Assembly: GCA_937858235.1 (NCBI GenBank)
Contig: CALLZZ010000575.1
Span: 11,268 to 75,267 of the forward strand
Direction of reading: 5' to 3'
Length of the DNA: 64,000 nucleotides
Source of the DNA: an uncultured Clostridia bacterium
GTDB taxonomy: Bacteria; Bacillota; Clostridia; Oscillospirales; Oscillospiraceae
The translations under genes and the position numbers were made by a program. Of this stretch, positions 49,074 through 58,201 are shown in pieces (the stretch's first letter is position 1; each line of letters opens with the position of its first letter). The notes beneath the pieces were generated by a model, which saw nothing but the letters and a program-made list of their open reading frames with translations, was not told the origin of the DNA and ran no database searches.

Positions 49074-50099
49074 TCAGATTAAGCCAGAGAGCTTGAGGAT
49101 CATTTCATCATCATTAATCCAAATCGGCACAGGTGGTGAAGCGCTGCCTCGAACAACATCGGCCTTGTCAATTGCAGCGCGTTTCATTTCGGTGTCCGCG
49201 TAGGCGTAAACTTTGGTTGTTTCCTCACTGGCATGGCCGAGATATTCGGAAAGCAGCATCATCGGCATTCCCTGGTGGTACAGGTGCATTGCTCTGGTAT
49301 GCCTGAGCATGTGGGCGTGAATATGCGGTGGAACCTCAGGGCAGGCACGGCAAGCTAAATCACCGTATTTTTTCAGAAACAGTGCCACCGTATCTGCGGA
49401 CATCGGCTGTTGTATTCCGTGAATAATGGTATAGAATAAAGGTTTTTCGCTGTCCATCGGTTCGCAGGGATGAAATGTGCGCAAATATCGCTCACAATGC
49501 TGAACTGTTCTGGAAAGCAAAGGTACAGTGCGAGTTTTGCTTCCTTTCCCGTGTAAATAGGCAATGGGGTGCTGAACACGAATGCGTAAGTCACGAACCT
49601 TCATGTCCAAAAGTTCACCGCAGCGCGCCGCTGTATCATACATCAGCACCATGAAAAAGGAATTGCGCAGCCCGGTTCGCTTTGCCGGATCGGGCTGTTT
49701 CAGCAATGCCTCCAGCGCTGTTTCCGAAAGATACTCTACCACCTTGCTTTGCGGCGTTTTAATCGGAACATTTTGGACGGTTACGCTTAATGCGATCTGC
49801 GTGCAGTCAAGCTCCCCGGCGTAATCAAAAAATGAGCGCAATACCATAAGCCGTTGGTTGCGGGTATTGACGCCGCAGTGCCGGTCATTTTCCAGCCAAT
49901 CAAGAAAATTCAGAATCATTTCTCTGTTCATGGTATCAAATCGTATTTGCTTAACGGACATCCTTTGTTCCGTCCGCAAATACAGAATGAATAGATTCAG
50001 TGCCTGGCGGTAGGATCGAATCGTGTTTTCGCTGAAACATCTTTGGTTGGGCAGATATTCCAGCAGGAAGCTCCTAACGGTGTTAAAAAAATCATTCAT
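49074..50099 (-). CDS. ritC: Tyrosine recombinase RitC
   Basis: ARCGE, GKGSKTR, HMLRH, LGH, Y. Confidence 0.9.
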   Translation of the reverse strand: MNDFFNTVRSFLLEYLPNQRCFSENTIRSYRQALNLFILYLRTEQRMSVKQIRFDTMNREMILNFLDWLENDRHCGVNTRNQRLMVLRSFFDYAGELDCTQIALSVTVQNVPIKTPQSKVVEYLSETALEALLKQPDPAKRTGLRNSFFMVLMYDTAARCGELLDMKVRDLRIRVQHPIAYLHGKGSKTRTVPLLSRTVQHCERYLRTFHPCEPMDSEKPLFYTIIHGIQQPMSADTVALFLKKYGDLACRACPEVPPHIHAHMLRHTRAMHLYHQGMPMMLLSEYLGHASEETTKVYAYADTEMKRAAIDKADVVRGSASPPVPIWINDDEMILKLSGLI

Positions 50100-51060
50100 C
50101 GCATTCCACCTCCGGCAGAAGATGTTCTGACGCTGAATAATCGAACCCCGTCATTTTTTCAAACAGGCCCGGAACCAAGTGGATATAGTAATATGTGTCG
50201 CTTAACTGCGCGTGGCCCATATACGCGCTGAGATACGGCAGCATGGCGGTTACGTCCTTGCCATCACACATCCACTGGTACAGACGGTGCGTCGCGAATG
50301 TGTGCCGGAAGTCGTAAAGCCTGGGGGAATACTCGCCGGACGTTCCAATTCCTGCTTTCGCTTTGGCAATGCGGAAAGTTTTGTTGAGTCCTACTTTACC
50401 ATAAATATTTCCGTTGGAATCAGGAAAAAACAGTTCGCGTCCGGGCATGACTTTAGAAACTGTTTCATCATACTTCCGGCATATTTCCGTAACATCATCC
50501 GCCATCATCACGATCCGGCTTTTGTGGCCTTTGCTTTCTACAATATCCAGCCGCCCCTTTTCCAAATCCACATCAGCGGTACGGAGCTTTCGGGTCTCGC
50601 AAGGGCGTAAACCACAGCAGTATAGCAAGCGGACAAGTGTTGGGAAGACAAAGTGGCGGATAGGATACCCCTTGCGGGGCCGCAGATGGTCTAAAACATT
50701 CCACAGCGCGGCGATTTCTTCTTCACTGTAAATGTGCGGGATATGCCGCGGACCTTTCTTCGCGAAATTCGGTGTGAGAACAAACGCCGGTTCCCCGCAG
50801 CGGTTCAGGTAACGGGCAAATTCCCTGACCGGCATTAAACGGTTGCGAAAGGTGTTGTTGCCCTCTGTATCTTTCCGAACTGCCCACGCCAAACAAATCT
50901 CTTTGGTTAGAGTGGTTTCGGAGGGGAATTTGTCAAGGCAGAACCGGTCAAAGTCGAGCAGCAGTCGTAACGATTCGTCATACGGAAAACCGACGGCATT
51001 CTTTTGCTGTGCGAAGCCGCGCAGGCGCTCGGAAAAAAGGCTCTTAAACGTATGCTTCAC
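50092..51060 (-). CDS. ritB: Tyrosine recombinase RitB
   Basis: GLRPCE, YDFRHTFA, LSAYMGH, TYYY. Confidence 0.9.
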   Translation of the reverse strand: MKHTFKSLFSERLRGFAQQKNAVGFPYDESLRLLLDFDRFCLDKFPSETTLTKEICLAWAVRKDTEGNNTFRNRLMPVREFARYLNRCGEPAFVLTPNFAKKGPRHIPHIYSEEEIAALWNVLDHLRPRKGYPIRHFVFPTLVRLLYCCGLRPCETRKLRTADVDLEKGRLDIVESKGHKSRIVMMADDVTEICRKYDETVSKVMPGRELFFPDSNGNIYGKVGLNKTFRIAKAKAGIGTSGEYSPRLYDFRHTFATHRLYQWMCDGKDVTAMLPYLSAYMGHAQLSDTYYYIHLVPGLFEKMTGFDYSASEHLLPEVECDE

Positions 51061-52670
51061 ACCAAATCACCCGCCTTTCCGCAGGGCACAAGCCCCAGCG
51101 CGCAGGTTTTCAGGCCCTGCTCATCTACGGATAGATACGGTTTCGCCGAATCAATCTTTGAATGCCCCAAAAGTTGTCGGAGCAATTCAAGCGGTATCTC
51201 GTTTTGCAGCAGCCGGGTTCCAAACGACCGCCGGAAGCTGTGGAATCCCCGGCGGGGAATATGTGAAACAATGTTCGCACGGCGTAGATATTTTGTCACA
51301 AGGGCGCTGGCGCTACGATTGTTGATGGGGCGTAGTGCGCCAGTGTGACACAGGAAAATATACGGCAGATCACTTTCTGGACGGGCGTGGAGCAGATAGT
51401 CCGCGATTGCGTTGCCGCTTTCGGGTTCAAGAGGCAGACTTAGCTGCTTTCCCGTTTTTTGCTGAACAATGCGAATCTCCCCGGCCCGCCAGTCAATATT
51501 CTCCCGCTTGAGGTTGACAACATCACAGGCGCGCAGGCCGGTTTGGGCAGCCAAGAGCATCATGGCGTAATCACGCTTGCCAAAGGCCGTTTCTAAATTT
51601 GGCTCATCCAGTAAGCGCGCTGTTTCACCACCAGTAAAGCCCTCTCGGAATACTGTTCTGCACGCGACCATCTCGGGAACCGCAAGGCTCAGGTTCTCCG
51701 GCGTAAAATTGTTTTCATACAAATGCAGAAGAAATACCCGAACGGAAAAGATAGCCGAGTATAGTCCTCCGGTGTACCTATCTGCCATACGAGTTATGGT
51801 ATCGCTGACCTCTGCCAAAGTAATGCCGTCAAAGGATTTCCGGCCGCGTGCTTCCAGCTCGAAGAAAAAGGTGCGTATGGCGCTTCGGGCCACCTTGACC
51901 GTGCTGCCCGCAAGTATGCCCGTGCGATTGGCGTTGTCGCAGAAATGGAGAAGCAAGGCTGCAAATTCGGGAGCCGGTTCGCGTTGTCCCCAATCTGGGA
52001 CCTTGTAGAGAGTAATATCTCCGGTTCGGTGCATTTCAGCCAGAAGGAAACTCGCTTTGCGCAGGTTCTGGTATGAAACCCGCGAAGTGAGCCCCTGCTC
52101 ATATTTGCTCCGTATTTCCGCCACCATGTCGGATACCAGCGATTCAGAATAGTGTACCAGCCCTTGCTCTGTGTGCCTGCGCAAAATGACTGTCATTCCT
52201 TCGGCTGTGTAATGCCGCACTGTTCGCTTCGTCAGGCCCGCTTTGAGAAGCTCTTGCTTAACTCGCCAAATCAGTGCGAAAAGGTCATCGGGGTCAGCCA
52301 GTTGTTCAGGTGTGGGCATGTCCAGCTCAACACTTTGGCGCGGTTTTCTCAGAACAGGTTCCCATGGTCTGAGCTCTGTCAATTCTACTGTACCGGTTTG
52401 TGCAAAGTGTTTGAGCAACTCACTCCCGCGGCGAACCAGCCGCCATTTCCATTCGGAAAATTCTCTGCGCTCAAAAAGCTCGCGCTGTTCCAGCACAAAC
52501 GCGTCAAGCATTTTGGCGCTCACGTTCAGAACACCCTGGCGGGTGAAATGACGGATAACCGCGCCAAAACCTGTGGTTCGATACTCTTTCACCGTCTTTG
52601 CACTTGCGTCACCTTGCTTCAACAGCCTTAACGACTGTTCGGCAACTTCTTGCAGATTAAATGTGTCCAT
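51057..52670 (-). CDS. ritA: Tyrosine recombinase RitA (long N-terminus)
   Basis: GLRACD, QQKTGK, HSFRR, LLGH, PYL. Confidence 0.88.
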   Translation of the reverse strand: MDTFNLQEVAEQSLRLLKQGDASAKTVKEYRTTGFGAVIRHFTRQGVLNVSAKMLDAFVLEQRELFERREFSEWKWRLVRRGSELLKHFAQTGTVELTELRPWEPVLRKPRQSVELDMPTPEQLADPDDLFALIWRVKQELLKAGLTKRTVRHYTAEGMTVILRRHTEQGLVHYSESLVSDMVAEIRSKYEQGLTSRVSYQNLRKASFLLAEMHRTGDITLYKVPDWGQREPAPEFAALLLHFCDNANRTGILAGSTVKVARSAIRTFFFELEARGRKSFDGITLAEVSDTITRMADRYTGGLYSAIFSVRVFLLHLYENNFTPENLSLAVPEMVACRTVFREGFTGGETARLLDEPNLETAFGKRDYAMMLLAAQTGLRACDVVNLKRENIDWRAGEIRIVQQKTGKQLSLPLEPESGNAIADYLLHARPESDLPYIFLCHTGALRPINNRSASALVTKYLRRANIVSHIPRRGFHSFRRSFGTRLLQNEIPLELLRQLLGHSKIDSAKPYLSVDEQGLKTCALGLVPCGKAGDLV

Positions 52671-52833
52671 TCGTTTACCTCGTATTTTCAGATAGTCAGG
52701 TTAAAACCTACCTTTTCTATTATACGAATAAACGATGGACACCATTTATTATCCCGAGGTTTTTGACCGCAGACCCTTTATCTACAAGGGCTGTGGCTTA
52801 AACTTCGGGATAACTATTTCCTCGGCATAATCT

Positions 52834-52859
52834 TGATTATCCCGACATCGGGATAATCA
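52834..52859. repeat. 26-bp palindrome at RIT right junction
   Basis: TGATTATCCCGA-CA-TCGGGATAATCA. Confidence 0.9.
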
Positions 52860-52864
52860 GGATT

Positions 52865-55044
52865 TATCGGTGGCCGGCCAGAGGGCTGGCTTGGCGGGAG
52901 AACGTTCCGGTCTGTTTATGGATCAGGTGCGAATCGCAAAGGAGATGAGAAAAGCCGATGAAGAGCGAAATGTACCAGCTCACCTTGTTCGACCTCGATA
53001 CCTCGTTTGGGAGAATGTCCCCGGAGCCTTCAGCTCCGCAGAGGGGGAGGACTTCCGGGCGGTCATCGAGGAGATCGTCCGCATCAAAGATCGTACCTGT
53101 AATGTGCCTCGACCTGAGTCCGGGCGCTGGGAATCTGCTGGGGCTGCCATTTTGGGAGATGAATTCAGCTTGGCTTGGCGTGTCCTGGACGCTCAATTCT
53201 GGGGAGTCGCCCAGAGAAGGCGTCGGATCTTCCTTGTCGCAGATTTTGCAGGAACAAGTGCCCCCGAAATACTATTTGAGCAAGACCGCCTGTTTGGGGA
53301 TACTCCGGAGAGCCGAAGCCAGAGGGAAGGAACTGCCGCCCCAGCTCAAGGAGGCCCTGATGATACAGGCAGGAATTGCTTGACTCCGTGGGATGTGCAG
53401 AGCCGCCGCATCTTTGAGGAAACCGGAACATGGCCATCCCTCTACAGCGGCGAAGGCGGCGGTCATGGATACATCAAAACAGAAGAAAAAAAGGGATTGG
53501 GATTTGACGGCTATAACGGTGATTTAACCGGGGAGCTGGCTTCCACCCTCGGCGTTAACTGCGGAATGTCTACCGGAAGAAACGGTGTAATCACATCAAC
53601 TGCCTTCGCTGCCAACCAACGTGATGAGGTACGGGATCTGCACGATGTCGCCGGAGCCATACAGGCCCAACCGGGCATGAAACAGCAGACTTTTGTAGCG
53701 GATACAGAGAAATTTAACGCTTTTCATGTGAACCAGAGAGATGAAATCATCGACCTTGATGGCATATCCGGCGCACTGCTGGCAACCCGTAATATGCAGA
53801 TGCAGACCTTTATTACAGAGCCGCTGATCTGCCTAAACGATCACGGCGGGGAGCGGATGGACATCACCGAGGAAGTGACTCCCACACTCCGTGCAGGCAT
53901 GGGCGGGCATCCCCCTCTCGTGGCACAGCCCAACTGCCTGAATGGATGGGACACCCAGCAAAGCCGTGTGTTTACACCAGAGGGAACTGCGCCAACCCTT
54001 GCGGGTGCCGATGGCGGCGGGGGCAGAAATCCGGCAGGGCTTGTGCTTGCCGCAGGTTTCAGCGGCAATGCCAGCGCCGAGGCCAGAGGAATCGGCTATC
54101 AGGCGGAGTGTTCTCCCACCATTAAAACCGGGACGGCACCATCAGTGCTTTGCCTCAACGATCAGGGTGGCAGCCAGATGCACTGCACCGAAGATATCAC
54201 AGGAACCCTTCGTGCCCAGGAGCATGGGCATCAGCCGCTGGTCATGGCAACCCAGCAGGGCGGCGCGGAAATTGGTGAGGGCATCTGCCCAACCATTACA
54301 TCGGCCGCAGGAACCTCCGGCAACAACCAGCCTGTACTGTTCGAAAATCACCCCAAGGATGGCAGATACAACGGTCCCCTTGGCGTCGCACCAACCCTCG
54401 CTGCCCGGATGGGTACCGGTGGTAATAATGTTCCGCTGGTGGGAAGCCCTGTTGCTTTTTCTCTTGATTCCAAGGAATCCAACAGCATGAAATCAGCCAA
54501 TCCCCATTCGGGATGCCGGGAAACGGATGTTGCCAGAACCATTGACACCACCAACCCCGACCCCAGTAAGAATCAGGGGGGCATCGCTATATTGCAGGAA
54601 AGTATCTGCATCGCAGGCAACACCATTGACCGCCAGCCGGAAAACGGCGGCAACGGATTGGGCTGTCAAGCTGATATTTCCTATACTTTGACCGGAGCGG
54701 ACCGCCATGCGGTGTGTGAACCATATCAAGAGGTTGTTGGGGCTCTCTGCCGCGGTGATGAGAAAGGCATCGGCAGCCAGTATGTCAGCCAGGACAAGTG
54801 TATCGTGGAAAATCGCAACCTCATACGCAGGCTCACTCCTCTGGAGTGTGAACGGCTTCAAGGCTTTCCCGATGGCTGGACACTGATACCGGGAGCATCC
54901 GACTCTGCCCGCTACAAGGCACTTGGTAACAGCGTAGCGATACCATGCGTGGATTTTGTCCTCCGCGGTATCGCATATTTTTTGCGAAAAATTCATGAGG
55001 AACAGGAGGAAACACCCCCATGTACATTTACCCCGACAACTTAA
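52865..55044 (+). pseudogene. dcm: C5-cytosine methyltransferase, 3' part (motifs V-X with multi-TRD array)
   Basis: LSVAG, WENVPG, QRRRRIF, RRLTPLECERLQGFP, YKALGNSV; joined to the 5' part it gives 800 aa. Confidence 0.92.
52958..53383 (+). CDS. Out-of-frame nested ORF, putative MTase beta subunit
   Basis: +1 frame inside dcm; AAGGAG upstream; SLSQILQEQVPPKYYLSKTACLGILRRAEARGKELP. Confidence 0.7.
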   Translation: MKSEMYQLTLFDLDTSFGRMSPEPSAPQRGRTSGRSSRRSSASKIVPVMCLDLSPGAGNLLGLPFWEMNSAWLGVSWTLNSGESPREGVGSSLSQILQEQVPPKYYLSKTACLGILRRAEARGKELPPQLKEALMIQAGIA

Positions 55045-55277
55045 AATCAAAGGCTACCCTGTGGCTGTGGGAACTGAGGGATATCGGCATCATTGGTGTC
55101 GGATGCCTGATTTCTGTATTCGCTCTTTCCCAGCTTGGCTGGCTGCCGCCCATCGTCCTGACGGCACTTTATGCTTTTTTATCCATCCGTTTTGAGGATG
55201 TGAGCATCCTCGATTTTATCCGTTATGCCGCCGCTTTCTTTTTCGGGAAGCAGCAGACCTATGAATGGAGGGCGTGA
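55020..55277 (+). CDS. PrgI/VirB3-like small membrane protein
   Basis: Two TMs upstream of VirB4. Confidence 0.6.
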   Translation: MYIYPDNLKSKATLWLWELRDIGIIGVGCLISVFALSQLGWLPPIVLTALYAFLSIRFEDVSILDFIRYAAAFFFGKQQTYEWRA

Positions 55278-55278
55278 T

Positions 55279-55866
55279 ATGAACAGAAAAAAGAAACAGG
55301 AGGCCAGGGAAAAAGACTCCACTCGCCAGCTCATGGGCATTGAGGACATCACAGGCCACAGCCTTGTAACTCCTCACGGCGAGCTGGTATTTTTTATGAT
55401 AAAACCTACTAACATCAGCGTACTGTCCGATTCCAGCATTGGTGCAAGGATTTATGCCCTTATGAATGTGCTGAAGGGGATCTCGGATATTGAAATACTG
55501 TGTCTGAACAGCCGTGAAAACTTCGAGGGCAACAAGAGCTATCTCAAAGCCAGAATGGATGCCGAGCAGAACCCTGTCATCCGCAAGCTGCTTATGCAGG
55601 ATATGACAGCCCTTGACCGTATGCAGGTGCAGATGGCAACAGCGCGGGAATTTTTAATCATCATCCGTCTGCGGGGCGAAAAAGAAAAGGATGTGCATCC
55701 CTATCTTTCCCGCATTGAAAAGAGCCTCAAGGATCAAGGCTTCACAGCACGCAAGGCGGATGAATCAGACTTAAAACGCTTACTGGGTGTCTACTACGAG
55801 CAGAACGTAACAACAGAAAAATATGAGGATTATGACGGAGAAAGGTGGGTGATATTTGGTGAGTAA
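55279..55866 (+). CDS. Conjugation protein (TrsD-like)
   Basis: IKPTNISVLS, REFLIII; overlaps virB4 start. Confidence 0.6.
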   Translation: MNRKKKQEAREKDSTRQLMGIEDITGHSLVTPHGELVFFMIKPTNISVLSDSSIGARIYALMNVLKGISDIEILCLNSRENFEGNKSYLKARMDAEQNPVIRKLLMQDMTALDRMQVQMATAREFLIIIRLRGEKEKDVHPYLSRIEKSLKDQGFTARKADESDLKRLLGVYYEQNVTTEKYEDYDGERWVIFGE

Positions 55867-57688
55867 AATCAGAAAAAAAGAAATACCGGAGGCTGAGCGA
55901 ACGAAAATCAAAGACTTCCTCGACATGGTTGCGCCGGGTATCATTAAGTTTAATACGGACCATTTTGTGTGCGGCAACACCTATCGGTGTGTCTGGGCGC
56001 TCCGTGAATATCCGACTGCCACCGACGAGCAGGCCATCCTCCGCCATCTTGGAGAAAAGGACGGCGTAACCCTGCGCATCTACACCAGACAGGTAACGGC
56101 GGTCGAGGAAAAGAAAATCATCCACAATGCCGCCAATAAAAACCGCATGGATAAGAGCAACACCAATGACCTTCAGCAGACGGTCACCGCTGAAAGCAAC
56201 TTGCAGGATGTGGTCACATTGATCTCCTCTATGCACCGAAACCGTGAGCCGCTCCTGCACTGTGCTGTTTTCATCGAGCTGACCGCTCACAATCCCGATG
56301 ACCTCAAGCTGCTCCAAACCGATGTGCTGACCGAGCTGGTTCGCTCAAAACTCAATGTGGATCGTCTCATGCTCCGGCAGCGGGAGGGATTTGTCTCGGT
56401 CGGTCCGGCAGGACGGAATGTGTTCGGCAGCCAGTTTGAGCGTGTGCTTCCAGCAAGCTCTGTGGCAAATCTCTATCCCTTCAATTACTCCGGCAAGACC
56501 GACCCCCAAGGCTTCTATCTTGGGCGGGATAAGTTCGGCTCGAATATCATTGCGGATTTCGATAAGCGAGATGATGACAAGACGAATGCGAATGTGTTGA
56601 TCCTTGGAAACTCTGGCCAGGGAAAGAGCTACCTTCTTAAGCTCATTCTCTGCAACATCCTCGAATCGGGCAAGGCTGTGCTCTGCCTCGATCCCGAGCA
56701 CGAATATGTAGAGCTGGCTGAAAACCTTGGTGGCTGTTTTATCGACCTCATGTCCGGCCGGTATATGATCAACCCACTGGAACCAAAAACCTGGGATGAA
56801 GGCGGCAGCCCGGAGGACACCGATGCGCCTCAGGCATTCCATGAGTCCACCAAGCTCAGTCAGCACATCAGCTTTCTCAAGGATTTCTTCCGATGCTATA
56901 AAGACTTTTCTGACCGTCATATTGATGCCATTGAAATCATGCTGGGCAAGCTGTACGAAAAACACGGCATCAGCGACAGAACCGATTTCAGGAGGATGAC
57001 GGCTGCGGATTATCCCATCTTGTCCGACCTCTACGCTTTCATTGAGGATGAGTACAAGGGCTATGACAAAACCAAGCATCAGCTTTATACCGCAGAACTT
57101 CTGCAGGAAATCCTGCTGGGGCTCCACTCCATGTGTATGGGTGCTGAGAGTAAATTCTTCAACGGCCACACCAATGTAACCTCTGACCGCTTCATTGTGT
57201 TCGGGGTTAAGGGACTGCTGCAGGCCAGTAAGAATGTCAAGAACGCCCTGCTATTTAATGTGCTTTCCTTCATGAGCGATAAGCTGCTGACCGAAGGCAA
57301 TACCGTTGCCGGCATTGATGAACTGTACCTGTTCCTGACCAATCTGACTGCCATTGAGTATATTCGCAACTTTATGAAGCGTGTGAGAAAGAAGGATTCG
57401 GCAGTAATTTTAGCTTCTCAGAATCTGGAGGACTTCAACATTGAGGGTATCCGGGAGCTGACCAAGCCGCTGTTTTCTATCCCGACCCACGCCTTTCTCT
57501 TCAATGCAGGCAACATCGACAAACAGTTTTATATCGATTCCCTCCAGCTTGAAGAAAGCGAATACAACCTCATCCGTTTTCCCCAGCGTGGTGTCTGCCT
57601 CTACAAGTGCGGCATAGAGCGGTATAACCTTGCGGTTCATGCCCCTGCCTATAAGGAAAAACTGTTCGGAAAAGCAGGTGGCAGATAA
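55856..57688 (+). CDS. virB4: VirB4 family ATPase
   Basis: GNSGQGKS, LDPEHEY, IDEL, KRVRKK..ASQN. Confidence 0.92.
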   Translation: MVSKIRKKEIPEAERTKIKDFLDMVAPGIIKFNTDHFVCGNTYRCVWALREYPTATDEQAILRHLGEKDGVTLRIYTRQVTAVEEKKIIHNAANKNRMDKSNTNDLQQTVTAESNLQDVVTLISSMHRNREPLLHCAVFIELTAHNPDDLKLLQTDVLTELVRSKLNVDRLMLRQREGFVSVGPAGRNVFGSQFERVLPASSVANLYPFNYSGKTDPQGFYLGRDKFGSNIIADFDKRDDDKTNANVLILGNSGQGKSYLLKLILCNILESGKAVLCLDPEHEYVELAENLGGCFIDLMSGRYMINPLEPKTWDEGGSPEDTDAPQAFHESTKLSQHISFLKDFFRCYKDFSDRHIDAIEIMLGKLYEKHGISDRTDFRRMTAADYPILSDLYAFIEDEYKGYDKTKHQLYTAELLQEILLGLHSMCMGAESKFFNGHTNVTSDRFIVFGVKGLLQASKNVKNALLFNVLSFMSDKLLTEGNTVAGIDELYLFLTNLTAIEYIRNFMKRVRKKDSAVILASQNLEDFNIEGIRELTKPLFSIPTHAFLFNAGNIDKQFYIDSLQLEESEYNLIRFPQRGVCLYKCGIERYNLAVHAPAYKEKLFGKAGGR

Positions 57689-57708
57689 TGAAGAAGGGAG
57701 AAAAAAAC

Positions 57709-58188
57709 ATGGACAGACTACAAAATCATAAGGAAACGAAAGCAGGACTCCTGGATGATATGCTATCTTTTATCCGCTACACTCCGAATCGGGAAGCGGA
57801 TATTTTGGCTTTTATGGAGAAATACCAGAAAGCCGAAAATGAAGAACGGTCCGAAATCTTAGACAGCCTGCGATGCTGCATGGACGGAAAGGAATACCCC
57901 AATCCCTACGCAGGTGGCTATCATTATACACCGGAGGATGTGTCCCTGATGGGAAAGATTTTAGACGAATATATCGACGATCTCATATTAGCTGAGGATG
58001 ATCCCGCCGCAATTTCTGAATGTGTTCGGGATACGGTCTTAAAAATCAATGCCCTCAATGAGGAATGTGACCGGTCTTTGATTGATACTTGGCGAAGGGA
58101 AAGGCTTTGTAGTTTTATCAACTCCGCCGCTGAAATGGCAGGACTCCTACATGAAAAAGACCACACCCTGCAGCACAGGATGTGGTAA
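57709..58188 (+). CDS. Acidic helical hypothetical protein
   Basis: SD AAGGGAG; fills the virB4-amidoligase gap. Confidence 0.7.
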   Translation: MDRLQNHKETKAGLLDDMLSFIRYTPNREADILAFMEKYQKAENEERSEILDSLRCCMDGKEYPNPYAGGYHYTPEDVSLMGKILDEYIDDLILAEDDPAAISECVRDTVLKINALNEECDRSLIDTWRRERLCSFINSAAEMAGLLHEKDHTLQHRMW

Positions 58189-58201
58189 AGGCGGTGGTTA
58201 A

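Larger units (their letters stand above)
48969..52864 (-). mobile_element. RIT (Recombinase In Trio) element
   Basis: Three overlapping tyrosine recombinase genes; 84-bp IRs 48973-49056/52749-52832 (78/84 identical); TCAGGATT direct repeats 48969-48976 and 52857-52864. Confidence 0.93.

Noticed and set aside
49074-52670. RIT recombinases as the ICE integrase
   Set aside because: Bounded by their own IRs and direct repeats inside dcm, far from the tRNA
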